From positions 31,263,261-31,326,340 of the forward strand of contig NC_068992.1 in assembly GCF_001194135.2 (NCBI RefSeq): 63,080 bases of DNA, in the 5' to 3' direction. Under the pieces are notes generated by a model that saw only the letters and a list, made by a program, of their open reading frames with translations, was not told the origin of the DNA and searched no databases. The DNA comes from Octopus bimaculoides. Taxonomy: Eukaryota. The position numbers were made by a program, and so were the translations under genes. This document shows, one piece after another, positions 24,250-37,453 of the stretch. How positions within the stretch are numbered: position 1 is the stretch's first letter; each line of letters starts with the position of its first letter.

Positions 24250-25008
24250 TACATAGTCATCCCATAAAGAATGCAACATTTTATGCTTCTTTTATTTTTC
24301 AAAGTCAAGATAAAAACAGTTCTTTTGTTTATCTATAAGATACCCTCCTTCATTTTCTACAATGCTCTTCCATCTATCTGGTAGACTTGCAAGGCCCCTC
24401 TTCGAAAATTCCCGTGTCTGTGACGAAAAATATTTCTCCGGTACTGTTCTATTCTCATCTACGAATTCATATTTTTTCCGTCTAAATTATTTTGATTAAA
24501 GGATAATCAGATTGGGCAATATTCGGCGAATATGGTGGGTGAATTATCGTTTCCCATTAAAACTGCTCCAACATCTGGAATATCACCCTCGATGTATGTG
24601 GCTGAGCATTAGCCTCGGAATGTTTGTGAGGAACCTTTTGACCTAATTTTCTTACTTTCCCGATTGCACGTTGGATGAGGGTTGTTGCAGGATGAGGCTT
24701 GTTTTCAGGCTGTAGTTTTCGATTCGGAATTTCTTGAACGACCGTTCACACTGGCTTCCGCTTCTCGCCCGATCCCCATGTACTGCCTGAATATTCCCCG
24801 CACTTTCCGTTGCGTTGTTACTTTCTTGAAGTTATAAAACAACATGTGCCGGAAATGTTCCTATGTCACTTCTATTACAGCTTTGAAACATAACTGTTAA
24901 ACTTGCACTGTACTCTTCAAAACTTGCACTAAAAATAAGATTATCCCGTCCCCGTCCGATTTTAGTTCATGCAACTAAAAAAAGTATTTTTATGGGATGA
25001 ACCCGATA
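24250..25008 (-). mobile_element. mariner (DD34D) transposon relic, internally deleted, both TIRs present
   Basis: N-terminus MEVT*EHFRHMLFYNFKK..NATES; C-terminus QPHTSR..WETIIHPPYSPNIAQSDY and LASLPDRWKSIVENEGGY. TIR core tcatcccataaa at 24257-24268 and its revcomp at 24989-25000. Confidence 0.85.
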
Positions 25009-25039
25009 TATGCATATACATCCAGAGACAGGGAATACC

Positions 25040-25162
25040 AAAGAAAGAGGTAACATTGAGTGAGAGAGACAGAGAGAGACAGAGAGACAGATAAACATAT
25101 ATACAGACAGAGTGAGAGAGATCGCGAGAGAGAGAGAGAGATATGTAGTGGGAGAGAGTGAA

Positions 25163-25217
<55 letters not shown>

Positions 25218-25250
25218 CGAAGAGGGAGAGAAAGGGAGAGAGAGAAATCA
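25040..25250. repeat. (AG)n-rich compound microsatellite
   Basis: Direct reading. Confidence 0.9.
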
Positions 25251-25709
25251 AAATGCATTTTAAATGAATTTTGATTGATTTGTTTTTACAAAAGTATTAT
25301 CATAGAAAATAAATGTTCGAACTACAGTCATGGAGAATTTCTGAAAATTATATATATATATAGTGTATATGCAAAACAATTCAGTGAATAAGGTGAATAG
25401 TACATCTACACACATTTATCTACACATACTTTATATTACAATCAATTATAGAGTATATATTATTTAAATCTGTCCGACATAAAGTTCTACTGCATGAAAT
25501 GCATCTCAATCTGGTTTCCATTTACATTTAGGTTTATCACCTGCTTAAAAGCCTACGTGAATTTATTCAAAGTGTTGCACACTGTGGTATTTTGAAGCGA
25601 ACTGTGAAGATTTGAAAAATGTTTCTCATTCATCCGTTTTGATATGGAGCTGAACAAAAATATGTAGTTACAAGTTTTTCAACAAGCTGAAAAAATGAAT
25701 TAGGAAATG

Positions 25710-26130
25710 TTATATGTTTCCTTTCGATGTTTTCTCGTTGTCTTCATCTGTTACTTCAAAATATGACTGAACACAACGCTCTATATAACCATCGTGTGTA
25801 TAAAAGTGTTGTGTGTTTATAAAGTATGGTATATCTAAGAATGTATTTTCCAACGTCTCACCCCACATTATTTGACAGATATTATTTGGCAAATATTTAA
25901 TAAAAGAGTCAGACTGGTGAGCGAAAAAGTTCACATCATTGGGACATAAGTCTGTTCGATCGCACAGAATCTACGTGAGCAAACGTAGGATGGAAGATGT
26001 TCCAACTGTGGACAAAGCGTCATTTTGTAAAATCAGGATAGCTCAACTAACATCCGTTGAGCCAGTTCCTAATGCTACACAGCATATTAGAAGGGATATT
26101 GATTTCCTATACTTTCCCCATACCTAACTA
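25710..26130 (-). pseudogene. Possible IS630-Tc1-mariner transposase C-terminal remnant
   Basis: One frame with 2 stops: ILQNDALST..LLT*ILCDR..DVNFFAHQSD..IMWG..YIERCVQSY, loosely resembling FQQDGA..DVNWPxxSPD..LWG. Confidence 0.3.
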
Positions 26131-26239
26131 TTTTATAAAAGTACCTTCTCCGTAGTTTACTTCCATTCATTAACGACATTAATGCTTTATATTTTATGGT
26201 GCCTCATACATATTCGAGGTGTCGTCTATCGTAAAAGGC

Positions 26240-26270
<31 letters not shown>

Positions 26271-26335
26271 TATATNNNNNNNNNNNNNNNNNNNNNNNNN
26301 NNNNNNNNNNNNNNNNNNNNNNNNNNNNNNNNNNN

Positions 26336-26378
<43 letters not shown>

Positions 26379-27329
26379 GTGTGTGTGTGTGTGTGTGTAT
26401 ACACATACAAGTTAAGCTACTTGCAATATTGGATGTTATGATTTGATGATGAGGACTATTAGTGTACATATACGTGTATCGTGGATCGTCTACGTGTGCA
26501 CCTGTAAATCACATTACCATTGATGATGCATACTTTATTGATGATAACTACGAGTTTATCCATCCCTAGAAGGAAATATCGGCTCTCTTTGAGTAAATAT
26601 GTTATATTTCAAGCATTCTGTTTATCATGGGAACAATAATTTCCCTGTATACATACATCGAGGATAATTCATAGCAAGCTACTATTTTTTCACTTTTGTT
26701 CACATTAATTTTAATCCGTTTATGCGTACATACACTGGAATTCACTTAGGTTTGTCTATTATTTGTGAGCTTTTTCAAATTACTTGCTATCTTTTTCCCT
26801 TCTCTAAACGTATTCACATGTTTATAATTAGATAACCTGAAGTGAATCCATTTCATATCAAGAAAGTGCTCTGTAGTTATCTTCATAAATATGTGGAATA
26901 TACTCTAGGGAATGCAGAGAAGATATTTATATGATATTCTAGATTTCCAAACATGATATATACAAGCAGTTCCTTTTTCGTTACGTTTTGAAAATATATG
27001 AAATATGGGAAAATCTAGTTTCTTAACATAATAGGAATTGTGATATAAGATCTCTGCTAATATTACCTCTGACGTGAAAACAATGTTAGGTTTTGCGAAT
27101 TGATGCAAATATCGCATTTCCCCGATACATCAATTCTCAGGAATGATTAAATTCACAAATACCTTGGATGCTTATCTTCAGAAGAGTGGCGTTCCACGGT
27201 GAAATTTACGTGTAGATTAATGGTGAGCGGATTTATAATTTGAACCACCCTTTAATACTATTATATTTCACAGTATAATGCATGCTTCAGAAACCTCTAA
27301 AATGACACCCGTAAACGAGATTAGATTTA

Positions 27330-28860
27330 GTTAAACATGGCTCGCATTTAGTCAGAAGCTGTTACAAAATACATTGCCTTTGTATACGCTGTAATATATG
27401 TTGTTTCATCGGAGGGATGCTAATGGCATCCCTGTCAGAGGGTACAGAAAACGAATGCACAGTGAAAGGGAGGCAATAGAACTGTTCGAAATTACTGAAA
27501 AGAGATTATGTGACCAAGCAAGAGCAATATGAAAGAATGGATGGTTAACAGAATTGGAGCTAGAAGATATTAAATGAAGGACATCGGGTGAGGTTAGACA
27601 TGCGACAAATAAAAGAGGACAATTGTTCCCAAGAATAGAATACCGTGAATTGTGAAAGAATTGAGATCAGTGACTACACAAATCATGAAGATCGATTAAT
27701 AATAGAGAGAATTTTGGATCTATTAAATACAGAAGGGACAGAATTTGTGTGCAACTTTAAAAAGTGCGACTTTAAGAAGTCGAGACAAAATCAAGAGACG
27801 AATAAAATCAATATTGTACTGAGACATATTGAAAGAAGAGCATCAAACAAGCAAATAATCTTATCAAGGCTGCTCGTAGGATTGTGGTAGAAAAGATGGG
27901 ATTGAGAACTACTAAGAATAGAAGAACGACGGATAGTAGAGGAAATAAGCAACCGTGGTGGAAAAGGAGAATTTCTGAAGATATAAACTCCTTGAATACT
28001 GTAATGTCAATACTTGACAGGAAAAGAGATGGAAAACTTAAGAATGAAAAAGTTGGAAAGAAATTTGGTGTAGATACAAACGGCCTGAATATTGTAACTG
28101 AAGAACTGATGCAGCGCAAGAGAAGTGAACACGAAGACAGATACAAAGGACCAGTGGCTTGGGATGAGGAGGAGTGACCTAAAGATAGAGACAAAAGCAT
28201 TCATATGCACAACTCAGGAACAAGCGTTAAGAACCAAATATATGAAGTGCAGTATTGAAAACACTACCAATAGCAACAAGGGCAAATGCCCGGTGAGAGG
28301 GATGAAACGGTATGTGACATCGTTAGCGAATGCCTGAAATTGGCACAATGCGAATACAAACGAGGCCGTGACAATGTGGCAAGAAAGATACATTGGGAAC
28401 ACTGTGGAAATCAATGCCTACAAAGAGCAAAGACGTGGTTTGAGCTAACCCCAGAAGGAGTCACTGAAAATGAGAATTGCAAAATTCACTCGGATGTAAT
28501 GATCCAGTGCGATCACCAGACCAGACATAGGAAACTAGACATTGCTGTGTTGAATAAAAAACAAAGAACATGTATGATAATTAACATACCATGCCTCGGT
28601 GACAAGAGGATCAATGTGAAAGAAGAAGAAAAATAAACAATTATGACGATTTTTAGTGGGAAGTACGAAGGTTGAGGTTAATGAAGAGAGTAGACGTGAT
28701 AGCAATAGTAATGGGTGCAGTTGGAAGTATCAACACTCACAACCAACACGGCTGAAAAAGATCGGTGCAAATGTGAAAATAAATACCTAGAAAAATCTGC
28801 ATTGCATAGCACTGCAATAATTCTTCGCAGGGTTCTTGTAGCATGACCAATAAATAAGTA
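27330..28860 (+). mobile_element. R4/Dong-type LINE with the RT domain deleted
   Basis: N-terminal GIPVRGYRKRMH..EITEKRLCDQARAI*KNGWLTELELE..QPWWKRRI..EELMQR joined directly to ..RRSDLKIETKAFICTTQEQALRT..DIVSEC..RHRKLDIAV..LHSTAIILRRVL. Confidence 0.85.
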
Positions 28861-30117
28861 TCACCATTACGCACAAAGATGACAGAGTATTTAACAGCGA
28901 AACATAAAATTGTGTAAAAATTCTCTAGTTACTAAATATGATTTCGATACGTTTATCAACTAGATGCTGAATTATGTAGTACAAGTTACAAGTAAAATAT
29001 TAGCTATATCTAAGTAGTTATGTGATCAAAATGTAGGGAGACAAAGTCCTTATATATATGTAATATCTGCAATCGACTTGGAAGTTCAAAAGTAAAGCAA
29101 GCAAGCAGTTTCCATTCCCCGTTCTCCACAATATTGGTTCCCAACATGGACTTGTGCCGATGTGGAAACACCGATAATTTCAATTACGTTGCTATCTTGC
29201 AACTACCAGAACGTCTGATATAAAAGGTGAAAGTCAACTCGTCTGATGTGGTGTCCGACATGATTACTGTATTTTTCGACGACATATCATTGCCGACACG
29301 GCTCTCATACGTTTGAATCTGAATTTTCGTAAGTATGACTCTGTTTCTGCAACAAGGATTCAGTAGGTTCAAAAGGAACAAGTGCGTACACACGCAGTAG
29401 AGCGAGTTGTGACTCAAAACGTTTCCGTTTGTTCGATATTAGTCTGTCCCGAGAAGTTATGGTAGTATGCTGAGGCGATCGCAAGTACGGAAAAGAGAAT
29501 GTAGCAGGCCGTATAATTATAAATGTTTATGAATTATGTATCTTTAACTAAAAAGAAGAGAAAGAAAAACTCCACTAAATATGAAATCATGATATGTGGG
29601 CGATATGAAGTACTCTCTGTCTTGGAGAACTAATCATAAGAATTGCTCTACAATAAAATCTTCTGTATAATGTTGGTTGATTTTCGTAAGAACTTCTTGT
29701 AAAGAATGTGCGTGACAACTCACTGAACTGGACTATTAATAACATCATAGTCGATACGCTTTATCAGCCACAGACACAGATTCTCTCATTCACAGCCAAC
29801 TATATCTGCCGTTTTACTTTGTAAACAGCGAATAATAAGATTGCTGTACAATCAGATTTTCATTACGCTGGTATTAAACAATTAAAGACACACTGAGATG
29901 CGATTATCAATATAAAGCCGAGTATATTTATATTTTGCGTTCATTGGTGGAGGTGTGACTGTGTGGTAAGCGGTTTGCTTCCCAATCACATGGTATCGGG
30001 TTCAGCCCCACTGTGTGACAACGTGGGCAAGTGTGTCCTACGATAGCCTCGGGCCGACTAAGACCTTATGAGTGAACATGGTAGACGGAAATTGAAAAAC
30101 CTCCTGTCGTATATATG

Positions 30118-30160
<43 letters not shown>

Positions 30161-30349
30161 NNNNNNNNNNNNNNNNNNNNNNNNNNNNNNNNNNNNNNNN
30201 NNNNNNNNNNNNNNNNNNNNNNNNNNNNNNNNNNNNNNNNNNNNNNNNNNNNNNNNNNNNNNNNNNNNNNNNNNNNNNNNNNNNNNNNNNNNNNNNNNNN
30301 NNNNNNNNNNNNNNNNNNNNNNNNNNNNNNNNGTGTGTGTGTGTGTATA

Positions 30350-30530
30350 TATATGGGAGAATATACAAAAAATAACAACAGACGAGGACAGGTGGTGTAA
30401 ATAACAAAAGTATATATTAGTATGACGCTCGGGAATACGGAAAGTCTTTGACGTTTCGAGCTACGCTCTTCAACAGAAAGAATACGGAGACAAGGAGAAA
30501 AACACGGAGAAAAAAAAAAAATATGTGTGT
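30350..30530 (-). mobile_element. Small HHR-bearing non-autonomous repeat (PLE/retrozyme-like)
   Basis: Contains the HHR at 30446-30482; a decayed homologue lies at 55381-55470 (+). Confidence 0.6.
30445..30481 (-). ncRNA. Minimal type-I hammerhead-like motif with CUGUUGA core variant
   Basis: Minus strand tcttt-CTGTTGA-a-GAGC-gta-GCTC-GAAA-CGTC-aaaga: 5-bp stem I, 4-bp stem II, ACGT palindromic stem III, GTC cleavage triplet. Confidence 0.65.
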
Positions 30531-33500
30531 ATATATATGTGTGTGTGTGTGTATGTGTGTGTGTGTGTGTATGTGTGTGGGTGCGTGTGTGTATCCTTTG
30601 TGTTTGTTCCTCAGGCACCGCTTGGTGTATTTGCTTCTCGTAACTTAGTGTTTCAGCAAAAAATACCGATATAATAATTACCAGACTTTAGAAAATAAGT
30701 ACTGGGTTCGATACGTTCGACTAATAATTCTTCAAGGCAGTTCTCCAGCATGGTCGCAGTCTAATGGATTAAAACAAATAAAAGAAAACATGTTCACCCA
30801 GACTAAAAAACAGCTTAAATGCGGTAGCTGTCTGTAGAAAAAAAAAACAACAACACAAAAGAAAACACGTCCTTGTTGACTTGTATAAAACCATAGCGAG
30901 ATGGCTGTGATAGATGTCATCGGGCTGTTGAACACAAGTTTGAAGTGCTCTGACTCATCATCAAATAGAAACACAAAATCAGTTTCCTAGGTCACTAAGA
31001 AGAGTTGCACTGATATGTACCTGATGAAGCATTGTGACGCAGAAACACGTGTCCTTCATAGATCAGTTTGTTGTTTTCCAATAATGGCCATGTCAAAAAT
31101 TTGTCGCCCCGAAGCAATAACGAAAACGACCTTAATTAAATGTGAGAATGCTCATTAACATGTTGAATATAATACTGCATAATTCTATTTCATTCACCAC
31201 GCTGTAGATTGTCTTTACTTAATTAAGCTAGATACTTCTCTGAATACTTAAATTATCGACTGAACCTAAATATATTGCAGCTCGTCTGTAATGCAGGAAT
31301 TGAACCAGAAACCTAAAAAAAAAGAAAAAAAAATGTGAATGTGATGTTCCGACGAATTTAATTATGAAGTAAGCATATCATTTTATGTAAAAGTTTCGAA
31401 TATCTATATAATGAAAACTCTACTGTAACTTACTAATTTATATAAAGAGTTTTAGTTGTTTAATATAAATAAATATGATAGTTATGATTAACTCAATGTA
31501 TTAACTCTCATTTGAAAGCATAAACATACTCAACGTTTAATACGCTGATATATAAATTACACTGTTTATAAATGATATTCTGAAATGAAATTATAATTAA
31601 CTAAAAAATATCACCAAGAATATGATATTTTCAATAATGGGCAAATTAGTGCGACGTCAAATTTAAATTACTAACATGTTTTTACATTATATTTCTAATT
31701 AAAAATATGTAAACTATTCAGATAAGATTTGTCAGTCACGAAATTATATGAAACGTAATTTCAAAACTATTTCTGAGATTGTCTGCTTTAAGACGGATTA
31801 ATCGTCGATAACAGACATATTGGCTATTAATGGTTTCCCTGGCGTAGCAATAAAAAGTTTAATGGGAGTGGATGGTTGTTGATATCGCCCAATCTAACCG
31901 GTAGTTTACAGTATTGACAATGAATGCATAAATCATAAATTTGACTCAAGTTGGGATTGAAAACTAGGTCGGAAAGAGTCAAAGTAATACTGTATGGCCT
32001 TTTGTCTGACACGTTAATGATTTTATCATTTGCCAAACCTTATAGGGATTACTGAGCTATAGTATATATTAGTTAGGCATATCGAAAACAATGTCGGCTG
32101 TTTATATGATTAAATTATATACACGCAAAGTGTAAAAGGAAGCATACTTGTCGAGGTTTATCTTTTTTTGACAAAAAGTTTCACTTTCATACTCTACAAG
32201 TTAATGTAATATAGTGGACACAGGTTAGGTCCATGTATATTTACCGTTTAACTCTGTCAATCATGAAGTGAAACTGAGCTGGAACGAGAAAGTATGACAG
32301 CTTGCAATATATCGCCAGATATCTAATTATTTCCAAAATATCAAATTCAAGCTCAAATCGTAAATATAAACCAAGCGTAGTGTTTATGTTCGCCCACACC
32401 TTCTCAACTACATGTTTCTGCGTGCCACCTTGAGCACGTGTTTTCTACGACAGTACTATAGCCTTCTGAGTTGATTTAGGAGAAAAAAACTAAAAGGAGG
32501 CCGTTTGGTATGTATATAAAAGAAACGATAACAAAAGAGAATAAAATCATGTTCCAGCCAATATACTTGTAGGCACATTAGCACAGTTAGATCAATGGCA
32601 AATAATACTTCATCTTCATTGTCTATGCTAATGCCGGATTATGTAATCATACAATTTATTGCTGGAGTTTTCTGTTTAGACCATAATTTTCTCGGATAAA
32701 TCAGAAATGTCATCCGCATGCCATATAAAACATGTCTCTGAAACTTCAATACATATTAACAATCACAGTATCATTAAAACAGTAGGCAGAAATGAAGCTA
32801 GTAGTAGTCATCTATTACAGTATTATATCTATGCTTTTATAAATCTGCTGGTCATGTTCTATTCCTTTTTCCATTAGTTTAATGAGCTGCGTACGCAGAC
32901 TTCCTCGACCAACCTTACATTCTGGTCTACATTATATTGCGGTTAATATTTCAAATGCATTTCGTATATTTCTCTGTTGGATGACTTTTAAATTTACAAT
33001 CTTGTCCTCTATAAATAAATGTGGAGGAAGTGAAGGAGAAAGAAAAATGAAATAGAGGGAGAAGACGTCGAATCTTGTCCATGGTTAGTAAATTTGTTAT
33101 CAAGATTTAACAAATGAAGTAAAAATCTAGCCTCGATATCCTCTCTCCCTTATAGCAACTATGCCACTTAAACGATTATTTCCAAACTTACGTTAGTATG
33201 ACATTCGAGCCTAATTACAATTTTCACGGATGCTGATTTCGAGCAAAGGAGGATGACTGTTCATAAATCTAATGCGATATACGCCTAATATTTCCGAGAT
33301 ACGTCAAGAAATATATAGGTTACTCGAAAGATTCTCCAACGTAGTGGTACAAACTACGAACCAAAATTCCGCGGTCATTGAGAAAATTGCATAATGAAAC
33401 TCTTAATTTGGAAATGTCACAGTATCATTAGATTGGTGGGTAACATTTTGAAATTCAGTTAATAAATTAATGTCAATTTTCTTTATCAAGTTATTAAAAG

Positions 33501-34223
33501 ATTTTTACATACCGTGTCTATGTAATTCTGAATTGACTTCTGTATAAGTAAGAGAATTAATTACTCGACTCCTCCATGCATTTAATTAATATTCCTATAT
33601 CGCCACAGGTATCTCTGCTTACTGATCATCAATAGTTCATTGAACATATATGTTTGAATAGTTTAATTTAATACTTAATGAATGATAGAAATAAAATTTA
33701 TGAAACTTTGTCAATTGTTATACATTTCTAATACTGATTTTAATAATTTTAGACTCAGTGAGTTGCTACCTTACTGTTTCAGCAATAAAATATAGAAGCA
33801 AACTTCAACTGAAATATTGTCAAACAATCAAAAATAATTCCTTGATAATGTAGTATTAAATTCCACTGAATTATAAGATAGTCGAGGGGTGAATTATAAA
33901 TTCACAACCGTATTGTTTATATTCGTCCAGCACTATTCTCTTCTCAATTATTTTATACGAAATTGCAATGTTTAGTATTTTAATGACGCGCATCATAAAA
34001 TGTTACTCGACACACATGACATTGTTAAAAATATCAAGACACTTCAACAGACAAGCGATATTGTCACTAACTGGCAGATAATTGGACAAGGACGAGGTAT
34101 TAAATCTAGTTATGCAGCTATCAAAATTTCACAGATTTTTGATATTCATTGAAAAGTCATTTCAAATTCAGACACATTGTCGGTAACATAAAACTATTCA
34201 GTGATAAATAATAACACCACCAC

Positions 34224-34256
<33 letters not shown>

Positions 34257-34289
34257 TAATAATAATGATGATGATGATGATAACGATTT

Positions 34290-34445
34290 CAGATATTTTG
34301 CCATATGGGCAGCTTGAGGGAGAAGATTAAGTCGATTACATCGAACCCAGTGCGTAACTAGTACTTATATAATGTACCCCGAAAGGATGAAAGGCAATGT
34401 CATCCTCGGTGGAATTTGACCTCATAACGTAGTGACGGTTGAAAT
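34290..34445 (-). mobile_element. SINE family A
   Basis: attaagtcgattacatcgaacccagtgcgtaac...ccccgaaaggatgaaaggc...ggaatttgac. Confidence 0.75.
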
Positions 34446-34469
34446 AAGCGTCTCCTTCTAAATCATAGT

Positions 34470-35150
34470 AATGGGATGACCTAATCTGACAACGTCAATA
34501 TCAAACGAGGCATCTTTCCAGCTGACTCCCTCTCACCAATACTCTTTAGCATGGCACCGAACCTCCTCTCAAAGGAATTGAATAACATCATATATGGTTC
34601 ATAGCTGAGAATACGACAATAAACCATCTGTTTGGTATGGAATATAGCTGTTTGTTAGACACGACGAAGAGCTAGTTGGGCTGCTAACAACTGTTAAAGA
34701 GTTCAGTAATGACATCGGAATGGATTTTGCCTTTCATAAATGTGTCAAAACACCTTTGAAAGGCGCAAGATCAGGTACACAGCTTCCTTTAAATTAGATA
34801 CCGACTCTACATTCAAGGAGCTTGACCCCCAAGAAAATTACAAATACTGGAGATATACAAAGGAAATTGTTTATAACATGCTACTATGAAGGAAAAAAAA
34901 TAAGAAAAGTGTTTTACAGGAGAGAACAAATCATACTAAAAACTGAACACAACTCAAAAATAAGGAAAACGGATCAAGCAGAATGCAAAAATGAACGGAA
35001 AGAATCAAATTGAGGAGCGGTGGAGGCAGCCGACGAAATGCTGATGTAGAGCAAGCAACAACCTATCAGTTGCTGAGGAGTTCAGGACAGAATGCTGAAA
35101 CTGGAGATTCATATTGGCTGCACAAGATCAAAGCTTGCTTAGAAAGAAAA
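34470..35150 (+). mobile_element. R4/Dong-type LINE RT fragment
   Basis: RGIFPADSLSPILFSMAPNLLSKEL..INHLF (YMDD decayed)..LLTTVKEFSNDIGMDF..HKC; later DVEQATTYQLLRSSG..AETG. Confidence 0.8.
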
Positions 35151-35154
35151 CTAG

Positions 35155-37020
35155 CATGGTAACGTTCTTCAAAACGGTTCTGGCCATAATTGGTGCATAA
35201 ACCGCCACTTGTCTAAAGCCCCCCATAGTCCGTCCTTGCAGATCTAAGGATTTCGGAGTAACACAGCTACACACCAACCGCGCCTATTAGACCAAGAGCT
35301 GAGAATAACTCGTTCCTCGAAAAGAGATGTTAGAGCGTGTTTTCTGGAGATCCTTCTTTTCACTAATTGCAGCCGCGTCCAAATCATGTGATTTGACATC
35401 ATTTAGCAAGCGAACCTGCTTCCAAGCTTATCCGAGGCCACGCACTTCCACACACCTCATTCTCAGCACATCCATGCTAGTCGATGGAGGTTAGTCACCT
35501 TGGTTTCCGAGAAGACCGGAGGTTCCAGGCTTCTCTACTGGCGAAAATATTTTAGAGAACACTTCTAACAGCCTTTTACCAATAGAATATTTTTTTGAAT
35601 CACCTCACTTCCTGGGAATTTTTCTGACGACGTTTTGATTAAGGGTCTGTCCTTGGGTGATTTGAGAAAGAAATCCTCAAATTCCTTTCCCTCTGTCTTT
35701 ATTCTATTTCTATTTTGATTTACAAAATCCATCAATCCACTGTTACACGTCTTTACATTAAAATTGGACACCTTCGTCGACAGTCTGATGAATATTTTTG
35801 GAGTTCTGTAATCGGTTGTTTCTCGGCTTCTTTAAATTCATACTGTTGTTGATGATATTACTATTTTTGAGATGGTTGATCTTGTTCTCCCCATGATTGT
35901 TGTGGTTACAGAATAAAGTTTTGTTGAATTTTTGAAAGACGGCTATGTACTCTCTCCCTCTTTCACCTATCCACTTTTGTCACTATGATCCATTGATCGT
36001 TCAACTGTTACTTTTCTATGTCATTGCAATTGATGTTTGTTTGGGAGGAAGTACATTCAGGAGAAACTTGATTTTCCGTGGTAATCGTGGGTAGACGCTT
36101 ACCTTGTCTTGGTTTGGGAGTGGGTGTGAGCGCAGGTGTGGAAGAATGTGTATGAGTTTTGAGCAGTTGTTTTGGATGTTGCACTTTTAGTATTTGTAAT
36201 GTTGGTAGCACTGAGACTTTATTTTCCATTGTTTCAGTGCAGGAAAATGTTTTACAGATCTACATTTGTGGCATTTTGACTTTGTACCCTTCACGAACAC
36301 TAAGAAGTGAGATCGATTAGATCGGGCTGCCAGTCGATATGCAAGGTCAGTCCCATACATATACCTAACCAGTTTTCCTTAGGTAGTTTCCTGACCTACA
36401 GCATTGTGACTTCTTCTTGTTACAAATCTGCCAAGACAGCCGCCACTAACGAGGTAATGGATATTTCTAGCGGCACATTCAGCACCCTAATCTTAGCAAG
36501 ACGTTGGCTGCGATAGCTGGGGATTAAGAAAACTTGTCATTCCTCAAAGTTGTTTCGTAATTACATGTAGCTTCATCTTCCGTCCTAAATTTCAATTCGA
36601 TTGTTTCAGATTTCTTTCCTCGGGTGATGTGGGTTTTTGTTCCCACACGCATACAAGATATGTTTGTACTTCGCACTCGGGAGCATTTTCCATTCGCCGA
36701 CATTTGACTCCAATGCAACCGTATGTGGCTGTGCATCTTCTGCTATTTTCTATCACGTCGGATTGAGGGTTTAGAGCTACCCTTCTACCATCACTTTTTA
36801 CAATTTTCCTTGCTAGTTTTAATTTTTCTGCACCTATGTCAAAACTTTCAATGTTTCTCGCCACTGAGGCAAAAGACGCAGTGGTGATATTTGTGCTTTT
36901 ATGTTTCATTTCTTTCCCATTATTGTTGCTGTCACCGCTGTTGCTGTTGCTCTTGTTGTCCTCGTTGTCGACACCGAACATTTTGACGTTGCTTAGAGAC
37001 GAAACATTTATCGCCTTGGT
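35155..37020 (-). mobile_element. L1/Tx1-like LINE 5' part: ORF1 plus start of ORF2 (APE endonuclease)
   Basis: ORF1: SFASVARNIESFDIG..YRSQRLAKIRVLNVPLEISITSLVAAV..VFVKGTKSKCHKCRSVKH, then a T/P-rich tail. ORF2 from ATG 35475: MDVLRMRCVEVRGLG..LLNDVKSHDLDAAAISE..VAVLLR..VAVYAP. Confidence 0.7.
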
Positions 37021-37369
37021 GACGTCATTAAGTTAGGCCATTCCAAATTGATATGCTCAATTATTTCTTATTCTCAATTTTCTGCGACAAGAAATCCGTT
37101 CTTTTGTCGAAAATTATGATAGCTTCTTTATCAGCCATGTTTTAAAAAGCCAAATATTTGTTATTGCTGAAAGCAGATAAAATTTTAAAATTATTTATGG
37201 GTACCCTCTGCAAAACAGTGGGTAATTTTACACACAAATATTATCAGCGCAATCCAGACAACCTCAGACATGTAACAGTAACAAAAGAAATCAAAAGACA
37301 GGGCCTTAGAAGGCCGAAAAGATTAGAAATGTTTTTTTCAATTTACGGTGACTTTACAGCATCGGGGCA

Positions 37370-37451
<82 letters not shown>

Positions 37452-37453
<2 letters not shown>

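Larger units (their letters stand above)
29947..30790 (+). mobile_element. SINE family B (head 29947-30115, tail 30590-30790) split by microsatellite, gap and nested insert
   Basis: Head and tail match the contiguous copy at 43175-43545. Confidence 0.8.

Noticed and set aside
31827-32036. 69-aa minus ORF with CIHCQYC as a zinc-binding exon
   Set aside because: No donor site, no recognisable domain, and a length compatible with chance.
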